From Naegleria gruberi (taxonomy: Eukaryota), in assembly GCA_000004985.1 (NCBI GenBank), contig GG738891.1: a stretch of DNA of 64,000 nt. The stretch is one strand, 5' to 3'. Positions 11,895-22,386 of this stretch are shown piece after piece; positions within the stretch are counted from its first letter, which is position 1; the number at the start of each line of letters is the position of its first letter. Under the pieces are notes generated by a model that was given only the letters and a program-made list of their open reading frames with translations, ran no database searches and was not told where the DNA came from. A program made the position numbers and the translations under genes.

Positions 11895-12669
11895 TTTTGA
11901 ACATGGTATCAGTTCTGAGGATGTACTTGACGCCATCTGTTACTTTTTCTCCACAATGTAACATATCCATATCTTCCTGTGGAAAAACAATACAAGTTCC
12001 AGATCTCTCAATAACTCTGGCAGTCTCCTTTCTATGATATTGCTCAAAGAAAATTGTCGATCCACCCTTAAAATCACCCTCCAATTGTGAATTCAAATAG
12101 ATCATAAATGTCAATGCACTCTTGGTTCTATTACTTCTATTGGAATAGGTACCATCAGTGTGAGTTCCAAAATAGTGACCTGGCTTATATTTACACAATC
12201 TCCAACGATTATTCAATGAATGCAATGTCATATCCATTCCATGATGATTCAATTCTTGTGGCAAGTGATCCTTCACTCTATTCCATATCACTTGTGTCAA
12301 CGCATCATCATCAACCATCAATCTATCATTGAATCTATCATTATAAGCATAACAATACGAATCAGCATCTTCATATCCAAGTTTTTCACTCAATTCAATC
12401 AATAATTTACATTCCTCCTTCAACAAGACATTTTCTAAAATCAAAACTGGTTTTCCATTCTTTTCAACCTTCTCCAAATGTCTCACATTGATCTTTTCCC
12501 TAACAATCTCATCATTCTTTGCCAACAAATCACCAATTGACAATTTTATACTTTTCATTGAATCGGCAATTTTTTCATCAAAGCCATCAGCAACCACCTC
12601 CGAGGAGAGAACTTGCTGTGAGAGAAGAGGTGTATACTGAGAGGATTGCCACTTTTGAGACATGAACAT
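11872..12669 (-). CDS. 2-oxoglutarate/Fe(II)-dependent dioxygenase, prolyl 4-hydroxylase (P4Hc)-like.
   Basis: HxD…H…R arrangement: YFGTHTDGTY, then …GGSTIFF…, then DMLHCGEKVTDGVKYILRTD. ATG in AAAAAATG context on the minus strand. Confidence 0.7.
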   Translation of the reverse strand: MFMSQKWQSSQYTPLLSQQVLSSEVVADGFDEKIADSMKSIKLSIGDLLAKNDEIVREKINVRHLEKVEKNGKPVLILENVLLKEECKLLIELSEKLGYEDADSYCYAYNDRFNDRLMVDDDALTQVIWNRVKDHLPQELNHHGMDMTLHSLNNRWRLCKYKPGHYFGTHTDGTYSNRSNRTKSALTFMIYLNSQLEGDFKGGSTIFFEQYHRKETARVIERSGTCIVFPQEDMDMLHCGEKVTDGVKYILRTDTMFKIKQSSHH

Positions 12670-12956
12670 TTTTTTTAATTATTAGATATTAATAATTTTC
12701 ATTTTCAATTTGGAAGTGTTCGCAGTTCTCTCTATTTTTTTTACAATGGAAAGAAAAGTTTTGAACTGGAAATAGATTTTTCAAATAGAATGTATGTTTA
12801 CAATGAAAATGGTGAAATTTCAATTCTGTTCACCATTTTCATTTTGTAAAGAATATTAAACATTAAAACATAACATTAATTTTCCAAAAGGGATGAATTC
12901 AATTGGGTTCGTAAATAACCAAAAAAAAAAGCGCCAAAATCCAATTCTTCAAGTCA

Positions 12957-15194
12957 ATGATGATGAACAGAAATAATTCAATTCTTTCCTACAGTTCGGA
13001 ATTTCATCATTATTTCGAATCAAGAGTGGGGAGTCTGCTCACTCTCGATCAAACCTTCCCAGCCAAATATTTAGCAAGTGATCAATATTTCGATGATAAG
13101 CCAACTCATTCCTTGATTACTTTACAAATAATTCCGAATTTAATTAATAATAGTAATGATGATGACGATGATCTGGTTGGTGATCAAAGAGGAGATGAAT
13201 TTACCATCATGATGAAGAATCGAGTGGAAAAGTACATTCAAGCAAGTAGGAAATTTAAGAATAACATTCCCTTGATGAAGTGCTTTGAAGAGGTGACTGA
13301 TGGTGGATCTACATTGACTTTACATTTGTGTTCCTTTCCATTCAATTTGAAAATTCAATCGGAAATGAATAACATGAGGATGATTAAGGAAGTGTTTCAT
13401 AGGAGAGAAGATTTGATAACTTTGGAAAAGTATTTGGAAAGTAACTATTCACTGGAGAATGATTATGGAATGTTGATTGGAATTTTACAGGGTTTGGCAA
13501 AATCTCTATTTGAGTTGCACTTCATTGGTAAATTGAGCCATAATAGTATTATACCAAGGAATGTGGTAATTTCAAGGAAGAATTCAACAGCTCTGATTGG
13601 ATTGCCATCGTTTGGATTGGATGATGTGGTTGGAACGTTGAATGATGAGCATTTGACCTATTTTTCACCTCAAGTTTTGGAAAGATTTGAAAATGGAGAG
13701 AAAACAGTCTTTTCCAATAGTAATGATGTATACATGTTTGGTACATTGATTATTAGGATATTATTGGGCGAGGAGTTTGATGCCAAGTATTTGGACACTG
13801 AACGAATGGATGGGGAATTGAAGGATTTGAAATCAAGAATATTGAAACAGCTCACTAATAATATGCCAATGAGGGAAATCTATGAAAATATAGCAGATAT
13901 GGCATTCAGATGTATTGACAGAAATGAATCTAAACGACCTTCAATAGCTGAAGCGTTTCAACTATTGGAGAAACAAGAACCAATAATCATCCTGCCATCT
14001 TCCGAGTCTGCACTTATCTCAAATTCCAGTTCTGAAACCCCAACTTTTACCGTATCCTCACGTTCATTCAATACCTCAAAATTTTCGCTATTTTCTAACC
14101 TTTTTGGAGTCAAGAAAAAGGACCGAGTGCCATCTTTAAGAAATGATGTGGTAAATGATGTATGTGATGACATATCAACAATTGAAAGTTTACCAATTAT
14201 TGTTCAGTGTGAAGAAAAGAAACTAGATGAAGAAGAAACAAAACCAGTGGAGAATCCAGAAGATTTGGATGAGGAAAAGAAGAAACTCTACATTATTGAT
14301 AAGAGAATTAGTGAGGGAGCTTCTGCTGTTGTGTTCACTCTCAAGAGACCTTCCGAATGTGTCATGAAGAGATACAAGAAAGGTCACGAATCGGATTACA
14401 AGAGAGAAATTAGATGCCTACAAAAACGTCATCAGAATATTGTTACCTTAATAGACAATTATTCATTTAAGGAAGGAGAAAATTTTAATCATGTAATTAT
14501 TATGGAATATTGTGGATATGGAGATTTGTATCGATTGGTATCAAGTAGTGTACAGAAAAGTGCAATCAAACCAATTGTAAGTTTTGTAATGGAAAGTTGT
14601 TTAAATGGAAAACAACAACATTTTAAAATAGAAATTCCTAACAATGGGTATTCAATTATTTGAGGCATTGTGTCACCTCCACTCTAACCAATATGTACAT
14701 TGTGACGTTGTAAGTTTCTTAAACCTTCTTAAACATTCTAATATTCTTTTAAGAAACCTGTAAAGCTTGGCGACTTTGCATTTAGTGTGAGAAATGGAGA
14801 AAGTTCACCAGGATTGACGTTCCACTATGCACCTCCTGAGCTTCATGAAGGAAAACCAGCCATCATTGAATGTGATGTTTACAGTGCTGCTTGTTCTCTA
14901 TTCGAAGTACTTGTAAAGAAGAAGGTTAGTTTGAAAGATAAGGATTTCACACAGGTTTGGGATCAACACAATGCCAATACTAGATTCTATTCCAGGACCA
15001 TGTCTAATCCTCATGCCATTAGATTGTTCAATCTGATGAAAGAATGCTTGGAGCCTGATGCGAAAAATCGATGCTCTTCAAAGAAGGTCCTTTCTGAAAT
15101 GATAGATATTCGAAACAATTTTTGTGCAACCCTTATTCAAAAGATATTTAGAGGATTTAGAGTAAGAAAGAGCCTTAAAAGAAGAATGAATTAA
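12957..15194 (+). CDS. Tandem pseudokinase + atypical kinase domain protein with a C-terminal IQ motif. Three exons: 12957..14576, 14632..14709, 14754..15194. Introns 14577..14631 (55 nt) and 14710..14753 (44 nt).
   Basis: Exon 1 ends ...SAIKPI followed by GTAAGT. The 78-nt middle exon encodes KFLTMGIQLFEALCHLHSNQYVHCDV (kinase subdomain VIb with HCD instead of HRD). Exon 3 begins KPVKLGDFAFS (DFA instead of DFG) and ends with the IQ motif LIQKIFRGFRVRK. The N-terminal domain is kinase-like but lacks catalytic residues (HNSIIPRNVVIS, LPSFGL). All junctions are phase 0 and in frame. Confidence 0.65.
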
Positions 15195-15463
15195 CCTTCC
15201 TCTGTAAATATGCCAACGATTAAAAATTAATTGTAAAACTACAGCTAAAAAGTTTTTTTGATAGAGTATTTTGTGTGACCATTTTTATTAATTTTTTAAT
15301 ACTAGAAAGTGGAATCCCAAAACAGACGAATTACCATTATTTTGGTGGATGAATCCCAAATCAAGTTCTGGACCAAAAACAAGAATTTCACACCACTTAA
15401 GGTCCATCTTTTCACGATTACTAATTTAGAAAGCCAACCATATTTCAAAAACTTGCATATTTA

Positions 15464-16669
15464 TTATGAAAGAGAAACAATACTTTGTGAAGTGATAATG
15501 TCACGAGTGGAGGGCACGTTATCGTAGCTCTTTGAAACCATTCGTAATATTAACTCAACCAAATCCCTTCTGTGTTGAATGCATTTAGATAGACGTGAGT
15601 ATAGAGCTTCGTTAATGAGAGTTTCCTCTTCGTTTTGTTCGTAAAGTTGGGAAAGAATCAATTCCTTGTCCCTGCTGCAAATTTGATAGAGTGTAACACC
15701 CAAATGATAAACATCCATTATTAATTTCTTGTCATTGAATGAGTTGTATGCCTTTGGTAAGGTGAATCTCTTCTCAGAGTTGGATGCGAAGGATTGTTCT
15801 TTCCATCCAAAGTCAGACAATACTACTTCAATCAAGTCGTAATCATCATTGAATGTCTTGATAAAGATATTGTGTGGTCTGATATTACCGTGATGGAGAC
15901 CCTTATTATCATTCAGGAATTGTATAGCTTGTGTAATTTGTGAAATGACTTGAGCAATCATTTCGTCTGAGAGTTGAACATCTTCTTCGTCCATGAGTGA
16001 TTGTAAATTACCCATTTCAATGTATTCCATCTCCACGGCAACTGTTTTTTCACCAACAATAGAAGAATCATAAATATGTACAAAAAAGTCTTGATAATTT
16101 GGCAGGTGCATAATTCGCTCGAAATGGACATTCAATAATTGTGCTTCTTTAACCGTAGAGCACTGAATTAGTCTCAACACTTTGTATTGGGATTCGTGTG
16201 GGTGTTTGATAAGATAGAGGCATGAATTGCCCTTTCTGCTCAGCAATTCAACACTTTCGAATTTTGCAAAGTAATGTTCTTGCACTTCCCAGCATGATTC
16301 AAATTCAAGTTTAGACACAAATCTTGGGGATGCAACTCGTGGTTGTTCAGATATCGACTTGGTAAGCAGTGAAGAACCTCTTCTTCTCCTTCCTCCTGCC
16401 ATTGACATTCTATTCGAAACCATTCTTGCCTCCTCTTCATGTTGCATAATAGTAGCAAAGTTACAATCGAATAATGGATTAAACTGAGTAGTCCATTCCA
16501 AATTATTCTCATCATAAATTTCCTCATTGCTACAATAACATGTCGACGACGATAAACTCGACGACGAAGCAACATCTGGTGATAATTCCTTATTGATTAT
16601 TGGATTGGCTCTCACCGAGTGATGATTAGCAGCAATCTTGACCATCAACTTTTTCATCAAGTTAGTCAT
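15464..16669 (-). CDS. Pseudokinase (protein-kinase-like domain lacking the catalytic Asp).
   Basis: Kinase-fold pattern …YKVLRLIQ…VAVEMEYIEMGNL…LHHGNIRPHNIFIK (HGN instead of HRD)…LSDFGW… ATG in AAAATG context on the minus strand. Confidence 0.6.
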   Translation of the reverse strand: MTNLMKKLMVKIAANHHSVRANPIINKELSPDVASSSSLSSSTCYCSNEEIYDENNLEWTTQFNPLFDCNFATIMQHEEEARMVSNRMSMAGGRRRRGSSLLTKSISEQPRVASPRFVSKLEFESCWEVQEHYFAKFESVELLSRKGNSCLYLIKHPHESQYKVLRLIQCSTVKEAQLLNVHFERIMHLPNYQDFFVHIYDSSIVGEKTVAVEMEYIEMGNLQSLMDEEDVQLSDEMIAQVISQITQAIQFLNDNKGLHHGNIRPHNIFIKTFNDDYDLIEVVLSDFGWKEQSFASNSEKRFTLPKAYNSFNDKKLIMDVYHLGVTLYQICSRDKELILSQLYEQNEEETLINEALYSRLSKCIQHRRDLVELILRMVSKSYDNVPSTRDIITSQSIVSLS

Positions 16670-17713
16670 TTTCTCTTACTAGTTATTTGTTGTTTATCTA
16701 CAATATTAATCTTTCAAAGCCTTTTTCTTATATGAACTCCGATGTAGTGTAAGTATCAATACAAAAAATATGAAACTCTAAAAGGTCGTTTTGTTGTGTG
16801 TTGTTTTTTTTTCTTCAAATTCTAAGAATGCTAAGCATTTTTCGCTCCTTAAACAGCAAAAGAGCGGCAATGTTGCTGAATGGAAGGATACTCGTCCAGG
16901 GCTTGTAGCCGTTCGTGGAGGTTTGCCATCTCACGAGAGAAATCGAGAGCAGGAAAAAATAAAAATATCGAAAGAGTTGGGAAAATGTCAAATGTTTGAA
17001 AAGTTTTGTTGCTATTTATAAAGATTGAATGACACATACCTTTGGTGGAGTTGGGGTGAACATTTGAGGAACAGAGTGCATTTGCAGAATTTTTGCTCAA
17101 GTAAATAATTGAAGTCAAATGACAAGTGACTGTTATTAATGTTGTAGGTCAATCAATTACGCACATTAAATTATGTATTGAATACTTCAATAATTGATGA
17201 GTAAGGATTGTTGTATGCAATTTTCAAGTCTTTTCATTGAGGTTGCAAATTGTTGAATAAACTCCTAAACTATTCGAAACTTTCCAGATTTAAATTTAGA
17301 TATGCGGTATTACATGCTTTATGTCCTTCTTCCAATAAACAGCTCCGGTGTCTTGGAATCAGAGCTGATATTTTGTGGAGTTAATTCCTGAATGTTTCTA
17401 AACAATTCGAACCTGTAGTCGAATTTGATTTATACACAACATGAATTCGAATAACTTTTAAGGTACACAAATTAGTTGAGCCAAAGGAAGGATGAACATG
17501 GGTACCCACTTGAACAATGTAACAGAGTTCCATCAAAATTTCCGAAGAAGAGCGAATCAACTAATGTAACCATACTTGGATGATTCAATTATTTGTTTCA
17601 TTCAATTCGTGTACTAATGAATATTTTTTCAATGTATTGAGGTAGAAAAATAGAGAACTCAATGGCAGATAGAAATTGAATACAAAATGTATTAACAGGA
17701 TTAATGAGGAATT

Positions 17714-18975
17714 CTATTCACAATTCATATCAAAGAATATATCTGAAAATGCACTTCTCCTTTCCCTCAAATTGCCAAAGAAATAGTCAAAATCTTTTGT
17801 AGAATTAATACGTCTTACGGCCATAAAATATAACTCATCAGAACCAAGCAACACAATAGTGTCATCATTTAGCTCATAAACTACCTTGCCATGAAATGTC
17901 GTGTATTGACGTTCTAATTCTTCTGGAATTGTGTAATTGATGAGCATTCTCTCATTCTTATCATATTCATATATCTTGAAGACATCGTTATCACCGTAAA
18001 GAATGAGAAAACTTTCACTTGTTAGATAAGGTTTGTTGGCTCCTCTCAAACAAATGCTCCTTGAGTATGAAGAATAACCATTTGTTTTAAGTAATTCAGA
18101 AACGGGTGTGCTCCACTCTCTAGTATTGAAATTAAAATCATGTAGGGCTGTTATATAACCAGTTGAATCATATCCACCAAATATTGTAATTCCATTTTCA
18201 GATATATAGGTATTAGGAGTAATAACTGTTAAGGTTGGGACTTTATGTGAGTATTTCGGCTGTGTCCATTCTCTAGTTTCCAAATCCAACTCATGGAAAT
18301 CATTCAAGTACGTTCCACAATACCCTCCATATACATAAAACTTTCCTCTACTCGAATATACAGCCGAACATCCACATCTTTTGCAAGGGTTTCCCTTTGT
18401 TACAATATTGGTCCATACTTTAGTTTGCAAATCAAAAGTCCACAAGTCATCCAAATGACCAATCGTATTAACATGTCCTCCATATAAATATATCAATTGA
18501 TGTTGTTTATCATATGAAATACATGGATATTCTCTAGCACATGGTTGGTCAGCTCCATTCGGAATAATTTCCTTCCAGACCAATCCTTCCTCTACTTTAA
18601 ATCTTGGATTTGATGGCAATTCCAAAATTACAATCTTATTATTGTGCGATCTTGAATTTGTCTCAGTTCCTTATCAAAATCAAATAGTAAATTATTCAAT
18701 CACGTGAATGATTTCCAAATCAACATATTAAATATATATTAATATAATCATCGCGATCAAAATTATTACACAATATTATAATTATTATTATTATTACTAA
18801 TATTAAAATACAAACCTCCAAACATGAACAAGATCGGAGAATGTGTCAATACATTCTCTGATCCCAATAACAATGAATGAAAATTTTCGGTCGGTTGCAA
18901 ATTGTGTTTATAATGGTGATACCAACGAATGGGTTCTTCGGTGGTGTGAATGTTTGTATTGTTTTCCTTCTTCAT
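17714..18975 (-). CDS. Kelch-repeat protein with 2 exons. Exon 1 is 18806..18975 (ATG at 18975), intron 18586..18805 (220 nt, GTTTGT…AG), exon 2 is 17714..18585.
   Basis: The Kelch ORF (17714..18625) has no in-frame ATG; TAA lies 18 codons upstream of its TTG. Upstream ORF 18766..18975 starts with ATG and ends …HSLLLGSENVLTHSPILFMFGG, a Kelch-blade ending, immediately followed by GTTTGT. A phase-1 acceptor at 18586/18585 restores FMFGG-LVWKEIIPNG…, with following blades LIYLYGGH…DLWTFDL and KFYVYGGY…FHELDL. Exon 2 boundary ±3 nt uncertain. Confidence 0.55.
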
Positions 18976-19065
18976 TTTTTTTTGATTTTGTAAATTCGGT
19001 AATCAATGAACTTGAAACTCTAAATTTGAAGTGAAATTTGGAATTTTGCAATGATGAAGGTATTA

Positions 19066-19122
19066 ATTGTGTTGTGAAAAATGTCTTCCAGAGGGTTAGA
19101 AAGACATTTTTCACAACACAAT
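19066..19122. repeat. Perfect 22-bp inverted repeat (hairpin) with a 13-nt loop, in the divergent intergenic region between the Kelch gene and the 19495 gene. It is associated with a direct repeat GAGGGTTAGAAA (19091 and 19130).
   Basis: 19066..19087 attgtgttgtgaaaaatgtctt is the exact reverse complement of 19101..19122. The loop is ccagagggttaga. The 12-mer gagggttagaaa recurs 39 nt downstream. Confidence 0.6.
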
Positions 19123-19494
19123 CATTCTGAGGGTTAGAAATTTGTGATACAATGAATGTTGTTCTTCTAATTGACCTCAATATAGAAAAATTCACAGAGA
19201 TGTCATCATTGATTGAGATTGAGTTACAAGTTCTGAAATTGAATAAAACTCTATAATTCTCAATAAATTATTATTCACAAGAATATTCAAATAGTTCCTT
19301 ATTCGTATTTTCAACTATCAAGAATTTCCATTTCAGTATTTTCAGCGTTAGGGGAGATAGCAAATGAATCCTCACTTTTTTATATTTTGGCCATGAACAT
19401 ATTTTCAAATTCCAATTAAGGATTCCATCCCGCCAAATTTGAAATTATCAGATGATCTACGAATCCCTTAAATTGGCGCCTCTTTTGGATCACA

Positions 19495-20067
19495 ATGAAA
19501 AAAGCAAAACAAAAAAAAACAAGCCAACAACACTGCCCTTTAACAAACTCAATCTTACGTAGTTTTAAGAAACCAAAAACACACACACCAATAATGGTTC
19601 TCCACTATTGTTCCCTCAATGAACGAACTCATGAAATTAGTGAGCAACAACAATCGTTTTCACTCCATCCCGAATCATACTTCTCCATGAATGAATATTA
19701 TTCGGAACGATCCAAGATTAGACACACACTCCACTTTAAACACAATAATCAAGTGCCCTTACCAATAAATTTCATCGACTCGGCAGGAATTGAACACCAG
19801 ATTACCATAAATTCGAGAGGGGAGAGTTATACGGCCCTATTTCCATGTCATAAGGAAATGGAATGGTACAGTGAGGATAGGCAGGTGACGAAATTGTACT
19901 CATCCAATAATTTTGTAATAGTTTCGTTTATTCACATCCCTGGCGGGTTGTATAGAAATCAATGTTTGGGAGTCGAGCTCAGACAATTCCATTGTACAAA
20001 TGATCAAGTGTATAGTAATGATTTGAAAAGATGGAAAAGTCTTTTTAATAATAAATTCGAGTTGTAA
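19495..20067 (+). CDS. Hypothetical basic protein.
   Basis: ATG, 190 aa, no recognised domain. Confidence 0.35.
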   Translation: MKKAKQKKTSQQHCPLTNSILRSFKKPKTHTPIMVLHYCSLNERTHEISEQQQSFSLHPESYFSMNEYYSERSKIRHTLHFKHNNQVPLPINFIDSAGIEHQITINSRGESYTALFPCHKEMEWYSEDRQVTKLYSSNNFVIVSFIHIPGGLYRNQCLGVELRQFHCTNDQVYSNDLKRWKSLFNNKFEL

Positions 20068-20125
20068 ATATCAAGTTGACCAGAACAATGTTAAATGTAA
20101 ATTTCTAAATTGATTCAAAAAAAAA

Positions 20126-22353
20126 ATGAATGAAAGTAAATCCAAGCCAGTTTCAAAGCTCGGAGATTTCTTGAAGAAACAATTAGAAACTGATCAATTA
20201 CAATTACAATTGATGAAAATTCTCTATTCGAATTGTTATAAAATTCACATGGAGAAGAAACTCCAGAAGAAAGCTCCACAAAAAAGCAATATAATAATTA
20301 AAATGACTGAACAGGAGAGAGGACTAAAAGATTTCTTGGAGATTGTGGACGAATGTACAGAGAATCAAGCTTGGTTTCCGCAACAAACGGTGAGCAAATA
20401 TTTGGATATTGGTGAGGAAGGTTGGACGATAATGTCTCACTGGATGTTGCCAATATTTAAAGTTTCTAATAGCGGATTGGAACTGGGATGTGAAACTTGT
20501 GGGAAATTACAATGTATTTCACAAGCTTTCGAACAATTTTTGACGAAACGAAACGAATTCGAAATGGACAATCAGACAGCTTTGCATCCATTCGAAAAAT
20601 TCGTGGATATTTGGTCTCAACCTAAATTACGTTCCATGCACAATACAATTTACAAATTGGCAGATCATCCATCTGCAAATGCATTTACGAAAGGTTTCTC
20701 CAACTGTACAATGACCTATTTCGTATTTTCTCGTGAATTACAAGGAGCAGATCCAAAGAAACATCAAACTTTGGTTGCTGTTCTAGAAGCTCTCACATTG
20801 AATAGTTCAATTTATTCGATTGATGTTTCAAACTTACTTCTCATTCACGATGCTGCAGTTAAGGCACTTTGTAACATGATTAGAAAGAAGAAGAATCTGA
20901 AACGAATTGTAATTTCTGATTTGAGTTTGGGGAAATCTTCATATAGTTTGGATATTATTAATGCTGTTTTGGAAGCTCCACTCCTACAAGAAATTTCCAT
21001 TTATATTTATGAAGAATTGGATAGTAATTTCAGATTTTTGGAAGGGGCTCCTGCAAGTTTAGTTTACAAATTGGGAAATCATCCTTTCAAAAATTTTACA
21101 TTTTCATTGCTTAATTTCAATTTTCCAATTCAGTCCTTGTCAATTTTAGAAGGAATGCTCAAAAATAGAAATTTGAAATATATAGAATTTAAAGTAGAGA
21201 ATAATGATGAATATAAGAAATATCAATATATTGACTATGTAAACAAGATGGGTAATTTGATTGGATCAATTGACGAATTTCACTTTCAAACATGTCACAT
21301 TCCAAATATTTCCCTCAATCAAAATCTGCACTTGCTGAAAAAATGTACAAATCCAAAGAAAAGACAGTATTTTATAGAAAATGACTTGTTGAAGGCCATC
21401 ATTAATGATGAATTGTATTCAAGTGTTGGTTCAGAATTCAATTTGAACTCTGATTTAATGCGAGAGTTTGGATTTTCACATGTTTCACATTTCTGTAAAT
21501 TTATAACCAAACTAGAACTTGATTTGAAAACTGATTTGAATGAAAATGAGTGGGAATTGATTTGTAGCGCAGTAATAGAATCTGAAACTTTGGAAGAATT
21601 GAGAGTGCGTAATGTGAATGTTTTACAAAAGAATAATCATTCAATTTTTCAAAATTGAAACACAATAATTCAAAACTAACTTGTTTGATTTTACAAAATG
21701 CTTACCAACCTGAAATAATTTCAGGCCCAGAATTGATTGCAGATGCAGCCAGAACTTTCCTTAATCATAACCACTTCCCAGAATTTAAAAAGTTTATCAT
21801 ACGAGGAACGGAATTTGAAATCAATTTCAAATGTATGGAAATAATTGTTGAATGTATCAACAAACATCCTTATGGATTGACTAGTTTGGAGCTTGGAGAG
21901 AGTTCGATCAAAGATCCAAATTGTACTGACCTATTACTGAAAGCCCTTTCACACAATATGACAATTGAAACAGTGGCTTTGTATGGTGCTGCGTTGAACA
22001 ATGTTGATATGTTTTCTGATTTTCTTATCACCAACAAGAGTGTGAAAACACTCAAACTTGATTATTCAGGACTCGACGAATATATTCCACAAGATTTGAG
22101 CATTGAGGATGATTTTGGAGCAAGCTTATTGAAATTCTTTGGATCTTTACAGTTGAATTGGAGAATTACAGCCATCGATTGGTTTTTAGAATATTATTAC
22201 AACACTTTCATTTTTGGAAGTGGAAATTATGTGGGTGAAAGATTTCTCGCCCAAAGAATAATGAAAAGGAATAAGAAACAAGTAGAAATTAACAAGTTAA
22301 TGGATCCAATTAGAAAAAAGATGCAATTCTCGGATGTGAAAATAATTCAGTAA
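20126..22353 (+). CDS. Leucine-rich-repeat (RNI-like) protein. ORFs 20126..21658 and 21655..22353 are probably one gene joined by an intron (candidate 21609..21724, 116 nt, GTAATG…TTTCAG, phase 1) or split by a frameshift.
   Basis: Both ORFs carry RNI-type LRR signatures (…LEALTLNSSIYSIDVSNLLLIHDAAVKALCNMIRKKKNLKRIVISDLSLG… and …LTSLELGESSIKDPNCTDLLLKALSHNMTIETVALYGAALNNVD…). Frames differ by +2. The candidate splice gives …ETLEELRV-R-PELIADAARTFLNHNHF…. Confidence 0.5.
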
Positions 22354-22386
22354 TATTTCAAATTAAATTACAATAAATTACAAAGT

